From Syntrophales bacterium (lineage in GTDB: Bacteria; Desulfobacterota; Syntrophia; Syntrophales; UBA2210), in contig OY761459.1 in NCBI GenBank assembly GCA_963664485.1, forward strand, positions 2,225,949 through 2,289,948: 64,000 nucleotides of DNA, written 5' to 3'. Under the pieces are notes generated by a model. That model did no database searches. It was not told where the DNA came from and saw nothing but the letters and a program-made list of their open reading frames with translations. This document shows, piece after piece, positions 29,217 through 38,191 of this stretch; the stretch's first letter is position 1, and the number at the start of each line of letters is the position of its first letter. A program made the translations under genes and the position numbers.

Positions 29217-29403
29217 GTCGTTTCTGTTATCTCGTCCCTTCGGGCATCCGATATCTCTTCAGGAAAAAGGAGTGTTACAATCGTACCTCAACTATCATCA
29301 GCTCTTTTCCAATGGCTTGTGTTGTGAACTGTCATATGTTTCTTGCGTCATCATGTCCCCGGGCCGCGATCAGCCGACATTTCACCGGAAGCATATCCTG
29401 ACA

Positions 29404-29667
29404 TCAGGCCAAATTCAGTATCGATATAATATGCTGTTCATTGCTGATGTCGCCAATCATTTTTCGCTCGGGTGGCGGGGTGGACTTTATCAGTGTGGGT
29501 GTTGCAAAAATATTGTCTCGAAGGCATTGGTCAGGGTTTTCGATTATATCGATAATTTCAAGGAGATATCCCTTGCCGAACCGTTGCGAAAGAATATTAT
29601 GCAGCAGAGTAATAGTGTTTTCCGTTTTCTTGGAACGATTGGAGATGTAAAATTTGAGTTCATTCAT
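29404..29667 (-). CDS. kaiB: KaiB-family protein (thioredoxin-like fold)
   Basis: 87 aa. LKFYISNRSKKTENTITLLHNILSQRFGKGYLLEIIDIIENPDQCLRDNIFATPTLIKSTPPPERKMIGDISNEQHIISILNL is collinear with cyanobacterial KaiB (LKLYVAG.TP.S..A...L..IL......Y.L.VIDVL.NPQLAE.D.I.ATPTL.K.LP.PVRRIIGDLSD.E.VL.GLDL). Confidence 0.85.
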   Translation of the reverse strand: MNELKFYISNRSKKTENTITLLHNILSQRFGKGYLLEIIDIIENPDQCLRDNIFATPTLIKSTPPPERKMIGDISNEQHIISILNLA

Positions 29668-29679
29668 GGCATATTCTCT

Positions 29680-30063
29680 CTAAAATAGTGTTGGTTTTTC
29701 GAGAATACTTCGGGATAACAGCAGGATTTCCTCCGTTCCAACCGGCTTCCTCAACACCTCGAAGTGGACACCATCAGCCACAAGTTGTTTGAGATCGGAA
29801 AAAAATTCTCCGTAAAAAGCCGTTACTATGTATACAGGAACATCCTTGTCCACTTTACGAATTTCTTTCAACACCTCGATACCGTTCATTCCGGGCATCT
29901 TGAGATCAAGGAAAACGAGATGGAAGGAATTGTCTTTGAACAGGCGTATCCCTTCCTCGCCCGATGCCGCAGTTGTCACGGCATATCCTGAATCTTCCAG
30001 GGCAAGCTCAAAAGCAAGCCTGACTGACGAATCGTCGTCGATTACCAGTATATGGCTCTGCAT
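29680..30063 (-). CDS. Single-domain response regulator (CheY-like receiver)
   Basis: 127 aa with the acidic pocket DDD, phospho-acceptor in FLDLKMPGMNG, and conserved T (IVTA) and K (RKP). Confidence 0.9.
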   Translation of the reverse strand: MQSHILVIDDDSSVRLAFELALEDSGYAVTTAASGEEGIRLFKDNSFHLVFLDLKMPGMNGIEVLKEIRKVDKDVPVYIVTAFYGEFFSDLKQLVADGVHFEVLRKPVGTEEILLLSRSILEKPTLF

Positions 30064-30104
30064 CCCTCTTTATCTCCTTAGTTTTTTTATATGCGTATGT
30101 GCCC

Positions 30105-32018
30105 TCATCGTTTAACACCTTTTTGTTGTACCGGCAAGGATATCTCGGCTGTTGTTCCGGCAGCTTGCGTACTTGTGCAGGTTATGGTTCCTCCGTGCCT
30201 TTCGATTATGTTCCTGCTTATAGACAGGCCGAGTCCCGTTCCTTCTCCCACCGGTTTGGTCGTGAAAAATGGATCGAAGATACGACCGATATGTTCTTCC
30301 GCGATGCCGCAGCCGCTGTCGGTGACTCGTATGTGAACGTACCCGTTTTCAATGAAGAACAAAATGTTCAGCAAGTGCTCTTTCGGCGCAAGCTTGAGAG
30401 CGTCCAGCGCGTTTGACATAATGTTCAGGAGCACCTGTTGTATCTCTTCAACCCTCATGGGAATTTCGGGGATGACACCGTCGACCGTTTTCGTCAACAC
30501 GACATTTTCTTTGTCGATGCGATAGCGGAGCAGGCTTTCGACCCGGTCGAAAACATCGGTTATGCATTCCCGGCGCATAGCCGTTTCATGATCCGTCCCT
30601 TCATATCGTGAGAAGGTAAGAAGGTTTTTCACGATGCCGATGGAGCGATTGGTTTCCATTTCGGCGTTCTCCAGCACGAGGGCCTTTTTGTCATCGCCAG
30701 GGGTATGTTTCCGGCAGTACTGGATAAAGTTAAGGATGCCCATCAAGGGGTTATTCAGTTCATGGGCGATTCCTGCCACCAGGGTGCCGAGGGCCGTCAT
30801 CTTTTCCGACTGGATGAGATATGCCTGGGCCTCCTGGAGCTCCCGGGTTTTTTTCTGAACCCTGAGCTCCATCTCGTCGTAGGCCGACTTCAAAGCTGCT
30901 TCCATGCGCTTTCTGTCGGTAATGTCCCGGATCACACCCACGGAGCCTATGTGAATGGCCAGCATCTTGACGGGATTCACTTCATACATACCCGAACTGT
31001 TCACTTCCATCGTGACCAGGTCCCCTTCGATATTTTCGACGACGCCCGGTGAAATGTCCCGATCCTTGCTCTTCGGCACAAGCCGGATTTCCAGGCCTGT
31101 CGTTTTCCGACCCCCCGTCCGTCGCTCGTCCATGAGCTTCGGCGCGCCTTCGTCCCCCGTCTCCAGTCCTTCATATTTCGGCAGGACGATCTCCCGGCTC
31201 GCCGTCTCGACGTCGGCTGGAAGAACTATTGTGCTGAAATGTTTACCTATCAGCTCTCCGGGAGTGTAACCGATGTGACGGATGGCATCGTTGATGAAAG
31301 TAAAATGGCCCGAAGCGTCGATCCGGTAGACAATATCGGGAATGGTGGTAACCAGGTTTTTGAATCGCGCTTCCGAGGCCTTCAACTCGACCAGGCGGTA
31401 TTCGAGTTGTTCGTTTAACCGCGCCAGCTTTTCTTTTGTCTCGACCAGTTCTCTGTTCAGGAGATTGAGTTCCTGATTCTTGTGGATTGCGTTTTCGAAG
31501 GTGGAGAGCAACAGGTTAGTGATCTGTACCCTGTTTGCCGTGATGTTATGTTTTTCTCCGGCGAAAAAAACCTCGAAGGCCGACTCGGAAGGAGATATCT
31601 TCCGGAGTTTTTTGTTCTCCAGTATGGTTTCTATATGTTCGATGAGATACTTTTCGCTGTAAGGTTTGGTGATAAACCCGTCGGCACTGCTGGCGAGTCC
31701 TTTCACAATGTCGGCACGGTCGGTCAGTGCCGTCAGAAGTACCACGGGAATATGCTGGTGCTCGGGATGCGATTTCACTATATTGCACAACTCATACCCG
31801 TCCATGGTCGGCATGATGATGTCACTGATGATAAGGTCCGGAGGCGATATCTCGATCCGCTTGAGAGCCTCCCGGCCGTGGGAGGCTTCCGCAACATGAT
31901 AGCCGTGGCTTTCGAGGAGCTGTAAAAGTATGGCCCGCTGGGTGGGACTGTCTTCCACGATGAGGACAGTCACCGGGTTCTTGCGGTCCGATATCTTAAT
32001 GCCTTTCCTGGGGCTCAT
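30105..32018 (-). CDS. Hybrid sensor histidine kinase (N-terminal REC, coiled coil, PAS, HisKA, HATPase_c)
   Basis: REC (LIVEDSPTQR...DIIMPTMDG), H-box GIAHELNNPL, and N/G boxes (NIMSNALDA, DSGCGI, GTGLGLSIS). Confidence 0.9.
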   Translation of the reverse strand: MSPRKGIKISDRKNPVTVLIVEDSPTQRAILLQLLESHGYHVAEASHGREALKRIEISPPDLIISDIIMPTMDGYELCNIVKSHPEHQHIPVVLLTALTDRADIVKGLASSADGFITKPYSEKYLIEHIETILENKKLRKISPSESAFEVFFAGEKHNITANRVQITNLLLSTFENAIHKNQELNLLNRELVETKEKLARLNEQLEYRLVELKASEARFKNLVTTIPDIVYRIDASGHFTFINDAIRHIGYTPGELIGKHFSTIVLPADVETASREIVLPKYEGLETGDEGAPKLMDERRTGGRKTTGLEIRLVPKSKDRDISPGVVENIEGDLVTMEVNSSGMYEVNPVKMLAIHIGSVGVIRDITDRKRMEAALKSAYDEMELRVQKKTRELQEAQAYLIQSEKMTALGTLVAGIAHELNNPLMGILNFIQYCRKHTPGDDKKALVLENAEMETNRSIGIVKNLLTFSRYEGTDHETAMRRECITDVFDRVESLLRYRIDKENVVLTKTVDGVIPEIPMRVEEIQQVLLNIMSNALDALKLAPKEHLLNILFFIENGYVHIRVTDSGCGIAEEHIGRIFDPFFTTKPVGEGTGLGLSISRNIIERHGGTITCTSTQAAGTTAEISLPVQQKGVKR

Positions 32019-32037
32019 AATGTTGCTCCTGCCATTG

Positions 32038-33126
32038 TTAGCCTGTCTTCAGTTGATTGATAACAAGCGCGATTCCCTCGGGGTCGAGGAGGTATTCTGC
32101 CGCGCCTATTCGCTCGGCTTCGCCGGGCATGCCGTATACCACAGCGCTTTCACGGCTCTGCGCCACCGTGAGAGCGCCTTTATTTCTCATCATTTTCAAT
32201 TCCGCCGCCCCGTCGACCCCCATCCCGGTAAGGATGATTCCCGCGGCTCTTGATCCGTAGACTTTTGCAACGCTTCCAAAAAGGTGCGATACGGAAGGGC
32301 AGATATGTAATGTCCCGGTGCCGCGATACAGGCGTATTCTGCCGGTGCCGGTAACTCCCATATCAAAGTGATCGGGGGCGAAGTATACTCCTCCGGGCCG
32401 TAATTGCTCGCCGTCGGCCGCGATATAAACCGCCTTCTTCGTTGTTGCAGCGAGCCAGTCCACAAGCCCTTGGAGAAATCCCTCGGCGATATGCTGTACG
32501 ATCACAATGGGCGGGTTCTTTCCGTCCGAATCGATCCCCTCCAGAATTTGACGGACGGCAGCGGGACCGCCTGTCGAAGCTCCTATGGCTACGATCTCGA
32601 TCTTGTGCATCTCTTTTTCTGTAACGCCCGGGGATACCGAATCGACAGGGGCTTTTCGATACCTGGTATGGCGCTTGACAACCTTGATCTCCGACATGAG
32701 CTTGACCATTTTGATTAGCTCTCGGACATCTTTTTCATGGTGCGGGTGACCGATACCCTTCGGTTTCTGCAGCACCGTCAGCGCTCCCGCCTCGAGTGCC
32801 CGGAACACCGTTTCCTGCGAGTAGGGGTTCCAACTCGCCGTAACGATGACGATGGGAAGAGGGTCTTTCGCCATAATTCTTCGCGTTGTCTCGAAACCGT
32901 CCATGTCGGGCATGTTGATGTCCATGGTGACAAGATCGGGCTTCGAATGTGCGAGAAACTCCAGGGCCTCTGCGCCGTGTTTTGCCGCGCCTATTACCTC
33001 TATCTCAGGATCGGAATCGAGGATGTGTCGGAGAAATTCCCGCGCTACGATGGAATCCTCGACTATCAGCACCCGAATTAATCTCTTCTCTTTCTTATTA
33101 ACTCTGTTATTAATTGCTTTTTTCAT
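32038..33126 (-). CDS. cheB: Chemotaxis protein-glutamate methylesterase (REC + CheB catalytic domain)
   Basis: RVLIVEDS...DINMPDMDG receiver, then GASTGGP and the catalytic region. 4-nt overlap with the cheA stop. Confidence 0.9.
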   Translation of the reverse strand: MKKAINNRVNKKEKRLIRVLIVEDSIVAREFLRHILDSDPEIEVIGAAKHGAEALEFLAHSKPDLVTMDINMPDMDGFETTRRIMAKDPLPIVIVTASWNPYSQETVFRALEAGALTVLQKPKGIGHPHHEKDVRELIKMVKLMSEIKVVKRHTRYRKAPVDSVSPGVTEKEMHKIEIVAIGASTGGPAAVRQILEGIDSDGKNPPIVIVQHIAEGFLQGLVDWLAATTKKAVYIAADGEQLRPGGVYFAPDHFDMGVTGTGRIRLYRGTGTLHICPSVSHLFGSVAKVYGSRAAGIILTGMGVDGAAELKMMRNKGALTVAQSRESAVVYGMPGEAERIGAAEYLLDPEGIALVINQLKTG

Positions 33127-35441
33127 ATCAGTCTTTCAATCACTTCGATCAGGTTGCTCTGATCGAAACTGCTTTTGACGATATAGGCATCCGCCCCTGC
33201 GTCGATGCCTCGCTTTTTGTCTTCCGGAGATTCCAGGGCCGTGACGAGAACGACGGGTGTTTCGGCGTAACGACGATCAGTCTTGATCTTTGCCGTCAGA
33301 TCAAAGCCGTTCATGCGCGGCATGTCCACGTCGGTTACGACCAGGTCGGCTGGATTTTCCAGCAGCTTCGTGAACCCTTCGATACCGTCGTTTGCGGTCA
33401 TCACCCGGTAGCCGGCGCCTTCAAGAATGTTTTTTAGCAGCATCCTCGCTGTGATGGAATCTTCCACGACAAGAATGGACTTCGGCTCCGCCTGACGGAG
33501 ATCCCCTCGCGCCTCCTGTAGAGGAGAGACGCTCTCCGCCGGTCTGATGCCCTTTACCAGGGCAGAAACACTGATGACGGGAACCACCCTGCTTGACCCG
33601 AGGACTGCGGCGCCGTTGAAGTGACGAACGAACGAGAGCTGAGCGTCGAAGCTTCGGACCAGAACCTCCTCCTCACCCAGTATTTCGTGAACGGCGACGG
33701 CGATTTGCTCACTGCCGGAGGAGACGATAAGTACCGTTGAAGCCGGCTTCTCGTCTTTTTTCGCCGGAAGGGAAAGAAGTTCCGCCAGCGCAATCAACTG
33801 CAGCGAAACCCCGTCATGGCGAATGGTGCGAGTTCCTTTTACGAAAAAAATGTCATCATTCTCCAACTTTTGTGCCCGTACCACCGCCGCGGTGGGAATA
33901 ATAAATTCGTGATCGTAGACACGGATCCGCACTCCTCGAAAGGTAGCCCGGGTCAGAGGAATGACCACCCTGAAAGTCGTTCCGACTCCCAGCTGTGTTT
34001 CGGCGATATCTATGAATCCACCGAGTTGTTCGATTTTTTCGCGCGCGATGGCCAGACCCAGTCCCCGTCCGGACAGATCGGTGATGAAATCGCTCGTCGA
34101 AACCCCGGAAAAGAAGATCAACTCCAGAGCGTCTTCCCTGCTCAGGGTTTTCCTGCTTTTTACCTCAACATGTCCCGCCTTCCGGGCGGCCAGTCGTATC
34201 TTGTCTTCGTCCAGACCTTGCCCGTCGTCTGAAAAGAGAATTTCCGCCCTGTTTTCCTCGATCCGGTTTACGACAATCGAGATGGTCCCCACGGGAGATT
34301 TTCCCCTGGAGATACGGATCTCCGGGGTCTCGATCCCGTGGTCGATACTGTTTCGTATGAGGTGGAGAAAGGGGTCTCGCATCTCGTCGAGAATGCGGCG
34401 GTCTATCTCGATATCGGCCCCCGAGAAACGAAGCTCTGCGCGTCGTTTTTTCTCCCGGGACAGATCGCGAACAATCTTTGGAAATGTTGTAAGGAGTGAT
34501 GAGAAGGGGAACATCAGGATATTCTTGACATCGTCCAGAAGTGCGTCGATGATTATCCCCGCACCGTGGCTGTCATGGAACGCTCTCGTCCCTATGCCTG
34601 AGAGATTTTTTTCGACGGATATAATGGTTGTGTAGAGTTGATCGAAATAACCGACTGTCTCGCTGTCGTGGCCGGGCATGCCGGACGAAGAGGCCCTTTC
34701 CCGCTGTTTCAACAAGTGAAGGGCTTTCAGCCAGCGAATTCGCATGGTGCCGATCAGGTCGAGGACCGCACGGAGCTCTTGATCCCGTTCCAGAAGCGAA
34801 CGCTTCAGCCCGATTAATTCTTCCGTCTGTGAGAGAACGGCGTCAAGCCGGGATACGGAAACGCGTATCGAGTCCGAAGTAACGGATGTGATTTGCGGTG
34901 AGGGAAACGCCGAGTTTTCTTCTCCGGCAGCGCCTTCCGCCATGATGTGTTCCGGGAGCGTTTCCCGGGATTCCAACTTCGCCGCGAAGGAAGGTGAGGG
35001 TGGCGTTTCCTCTTGTGCTGTTTTTTCTTTAGGGAATTCGTTTTGCGTCTTCGCAATCATGGCGATTTGTTTGATCACCTCCGAAATGGGAGGGGGACTT
35101 GTTTGCTCCGAGGCCGATAATTGGCCCGCGATGGCGCTCACGGCGAGGTGAAGTTTGTCGTAAAAGTCCTGTGTCGGTGTGATATCTTTTTTCTTCATTG
35201 ATGCAAAGATCGTTTCCATTGCCTGGCAGAGTTGTTCCACTTCGGAGAAGTGCACCGCCCTGGACGCTCCTTTCAGGCTGTGGGTCGCCCGGTAGACGGT
35301 TTCGATAATCGTCTCCGTTCTCGCCGTATCGACGCCCTGTTCCATTTCGAGAAGCCCGTCCGTTATTGCCTTGAGGTGGTCACTCGCCTCTGCACGATAG
35401 ATCTCGATCAGCTTCTTCATGAAGGTCTCATCACCTGCCAC
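33123..35441 (-). CDS. cheA: CheA-type histidine kinase fused to a C-terminal receiver (WspE-like CheA/Y hybrid)
   Basis: Hpt (ATHSLKGASRAV), HATPase (HLIRNSIDHGIE, DDGQGLD, GRGLGL), CheW-like domain, and C-terminal REC (ILVVEDSITAR...DVDMPRMNG). Confidence 0.9.
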   Translation of the reverse strand: MAGDETFMKKLIEIYRAEASDHLKAITDGLLEMEQGVDTARTETIIETVYRATHSLKGASRAVHFSEVEQLCQAMETIFASMKKKDITPTQDFYDKLHLAVSAIAGQLSASEQTSPPPISEVIKQIAMIAKTQNEFPKEKTAQEETPPSPSFAAKLESRETLPEHIMAEGAAGEENSAFPSPQITSVTSDSIRVSVSRLDAVLSQTEELIGLKRSLLERDQELRAVLDLIGTMRIRWLKALHLLKQRERASSSGMPGHDSETVGYFDQLYTTIISVEKNLSGIGTRAFHDSHGAGIIIDALLDDVKNILMFPFSSLLTTFPKIVRDLSREKKRRAELRFSGADIEIDRRILDEMRDPFLHLIRNSIDHGIETPEIRISRGKSPVGTISIVVNRIEENRAEILFSDDGQGLDEDKIRLAARKAGHVEVKSRKTLSREDALELIFFSGVSTSDFITDLSGRGLGLAIAREKIEQLGGFIDIAETQLGVGTTFRVVIPLTRATFRGVRIRVYDHEFIIPTAAVVRAQKLENDDIFFVKGTRTIRHDGVSLQLIALAELLSLPAKKDEKPASTVLIVSSGSEQIAVAVHEILGEEEVLVRSFDAQLSFVRHFNGAAVLGSSRVVPVISVSALVKGIRPAESVSPLQEARGDLRQAEPKSILVVEDSITARMLLKNILEGAGYRVMTANDGIEGFTKLLENPADLVVTDVDMPRMNGFDLTAKIKTDRRYAETPVVLVTALESPEDKKRGIDAGADAYIVKSSFDQSNLIEVIERLI

Positions 35442-35489
35442 GGCGATTTTTCCTCCTTCAAATTACCGTGATTTTGAACCTGTTCCGTT

Positions 35490-37553
35490 CTATACCCTGT
35501 ACTGCTTCACCATTTCCTTGAGCCTCATCCCCAGCTCGTGCAGGTCTTGAATGGCCCGCTCCATCTGTTTCGTACTGGAGGCTACCTGGACGCTGGCCTC
35601 CTTGATATTCTCCATAGCGGCGGCTACCTGTTCCATTCCCACCTGCTGCTGTTGACTCGATGCCGTGATCTGAACCGAGGCGTTTGCTGCTTCATCGACA
35701 TTCTCGGCAAGTGTATTGATCACTCCCTCAGATTTTTGCAGTAGCGCCAGGCCAGCTTCCACAGACTTGTTACCCTGCTCGGTGGACATGACTGCGGTGC
35801 TTATGGACCGCTGAATATCGTTCAGGATATTCCTGATCTGTACCGTTGCCTGTTTTGACTGGTCGGAGAGACTCTTCATCTCCTGGGCGACGACGGAAAA
35901 GCCCCGTCCCTGTTCTCCGGCCTTCGTCGCTTCGATGGAGGCATTAACGGCCAGAAGGTTCGTCTGTTCCGTAAGACCCGTTACCGTCGCGGTAATTTCT
36001 CCGATGGACCGGCTCTGTTCACTGAGTTGTATCACCGTATCGGCTATGCCCCCCATCTGCTCCCGGACGCGATTCATTCCTGCCAGGGCTTCACGGATCG
36101 CCTCGATCCCGTCCTGGGATGTTTCGGTTGCCTGGCGTCCCAGTTCCGATACTTGTGCCGCCTTTTTCGACGAGAGCTGAGCCGTCTGTTTCACTTCCTC
36201 TACGGTCGCCGTCGTCTGGCTGACCGCGGTGGAAGTCTCGGCGGTGCTGGACGAAACCTGTGCTACGGATGCCATGATCTCGCTTGTCGAGGACGAGAGG
36301 ACGTTTGTCGCTTCCTGTATTTCAGATATCTGCCGTCTCATTCTATCAAACATCACTGAAAAAGCTTTCCCGAGGATGTCCCGTTCGGATCTCGGTGCCA
36401 ATTTCTCCGTGAGATCCCCTGTCGCCCCTTTGTCGGCCGCTGCAGCTATAGTCTTCATTGCTTCGGTCGTTTCCCTCATTGCCGAGAGCATCTCTCCCAG
36501 TTCGTCTTTGCCCCCCTCGGCAATGGGAATGTCCGTGTCGCCGATGGCGAGAGCATTTGCGGCATCGACGACCGTGGTGATCGATCGCGAGATGTTTAAG
36601 GCGAACAAGTAGAAGAAAAGGGATGCCAGAATCAGCGCCGCAATGCCGATGGAGATGATCAGGGCGGCAAGACCTCTGCCCGGTGCAAGAAGCTCTTCCA
36701 TGGGGAAAATAGCTATAACCTTCCATCCCGTCGTGGGGACCGTCGAGAAAGCGCAGAATTTTCGCAAGTTTTGGGAGGTATATTCGAGGGAATGGGCGGT
36801 TATGCTGCCGGGTGAAGTGATGATTTTTTCGAGGTTTTTGTCAATATCGGAGAGTGACATGGTAAGGATGCGCGATTCCTCGGGATGGACGATATAGGTA
36901 CCTTTTTCATCGGTAAGATAAACATACCCCGTCTCCCCCACGTGAATGGTGCTCACAAGCTTTTTCAGGTAGTCGAGCCAGATGGCCATTACGACGGCGC
37001 CCGAAATCTCTTTACCGTCTGACGTATAGACGGGATATGCGACTGTACAGATGAGTTTCCCTGTCGCTGCGGAGTGAACGACGGCGCCGACGAAGGGGGT
37101 CCCACCCAAGGCCGATTTCAGGTAGGCCCTCGATGATAGATCGACACCTGCGTATTTCCCGTCGTCGCTGGAAGCAAAAATATGACCGGTCTGTCTGCTT
37201 ACCAGTGAGACACTGGAAAATCTGTCGCCTGCCGACGCCTTGATATTGTTGAGTTCGGCCTGTACGGTTATGATTTCTTTTTGTCCCTCTGCCACGCCTG
37301 AACGGAACACCTTTTCCGCGGCAGCGATGGTACTTTGAGAAAATGAGATATTTCGTGCCGTAATGAGCTGTTCCTGCATATACATATCGATCATGCGTGT
37401 GGTGCTTTCATCTATTGCTGCTACGGATCGCTCGCGGTTTTCAAAGAGCTTTTCCGTCGACTGGCGGACCGACACGATGCCGATCACCAGGATGGGAAGC
37501 ACGACGGCCGTCAATCCTCCCAATAAAAGCTTTCTTTTCAGTGTCAATTTCAT
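35490..37553 (-). CDS. Methyl-accepting chemotaxis protein with periplasmic Cache-like sensor, HAMP and MA domains
   Basis: Two TM segments bracket a ~270-aa periplasmic domain. The conserved signalling hairpin is EATKAGEQGRGFSVVAQEMKSLSDQS. Confidence 0.9.
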   Translation of the reverse strand: MKLTLKRKLLLGGLTAVVLPILVIGIVSVRQSTEKLFENRERSVAAIDESTTRMIDMYMQEQLITARNISFSQSTIAAAEKVFRSGVAEGQKEIITVQAELNNIKASAGDRFSSVSLVSRQTGHIFASSDDGKYAGVDLSSRAYLKSALGGTPFVGAVVHSAATGKLICTVAYPVYTSDGKEISGAVVMAIWLDYLKKLVSTIHVGETGYVYLTDEKGTYIVHPEESRILTMSLSDIDKNLEKIITSPGSITAHSLEYTSQNLRKFCAFSTVPTTGWKVIAIFPMEELLAPGRGLAALIISIGIAALILASLFFYLFALNISRSITTVVDAANALAIGDTDIPIAEGGKDELGEMLSAMRETTEAMKTIAAAADKGATGDLTEKLAPRSERDILGKAFSVMFDRMRRQISEIQEATNVLSSSTSEIMASVAQVSSSTAETSTAVSQTTATVEEVKQTAQLSSKKAAQVSELGRQATETSQDGIEAIREALAGMNRVREQMGGIADTVIQLSEQSRSIGEITATVTGLTEQTNLLAVNASIEATKAGEQGRGFSVVAQEMKSLSDQSKQATVQIRNILNDIQRSISTAVMSTEQGNKSVEAGLALLQKSEGVINTLAENVDEAANASVQITASSQQQQVGMEQVAAAMENIKEASVQVASSTKQMERAIQDLHELGMRLKEMVKQYRV

Positions 37554-37608
37554 GGAATCCTCCTCGCGTCAGGTTCTTGCCGGGCTTTACTGAATGAGCC
37601 CTGTTATG

Positions 37609-38181
37609 CTATAGGGAACCAACGATTCCCCCTTTGATAATATCCGAACCGAGAATCTTCTCCGTGTCGAGGATGATGATCTTTTCATTTGTGACGCCGG
37701 AAAGAAACTCGATCTTCTTTTCCTTCATGGTGGACGGAACCGGATGAACATGAGTGTTCCGGATAGATATGATACCCTCTATTTCATCCGTGAGAACGCC
37801 CATCTCCATCCCCCCATGAGAGAGTATAACGATCTTGTTGAATTCGGTGATACCCCGTTCAGGGAGGTGAAAGAGCCTCTTGAGGTCGATTACCGACAGG
37901 ATCCGGCCTCTTACATGAGTAATCCCCGCGATGAACGGGGGGACACCGGGGAGAAATGTCAGCGAAGTGAGTGGAAGGACTTCCCGCACGTAGGTCATAT
38001 GAAAGGCGTACCGTTCAAAGGCGAGCGAAAATACCAGGAAATCCCGCAAGCCGGCCGGGTCTTCAAGCGGGAGACGCTCCTTCGCGTAGAAAATGGCCCG
38101 TTCATGAAGGATCTTCTTCTTGGCCAGGTTGTCGGAGTTGCCCGGTATGGTACTTGTTCCTGCGGCCGTTTGTCTCTTCAC
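37609..38181 (-). CDS. cheW: CheW-like coupling protein
   Basis: 190 aa with the CheW-domain pattern (FLVFSLAFERYAF...GITHVRGRILSVIDL). Confidence 0.85.
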   Translation of the reverse strand: MKRQTAAGTSTIPGNSDNLAKKKILHERAIFYAKERLPLEDPAGLRDFLVFSLAFERYAFHMTYVREVLPLTSLTFLPGVPPFIAGITHVRGRILSVIDLKRLFHLPERGITEFNKIVILSHGGMEMGVLTDEIEGIISIRNTHVHPVPSTMKEKKIEFLSGVTNEKIIILDTEKILGSDIIKGGIVGSL

Positions 38182-38191
38182 GTATCCCTTT

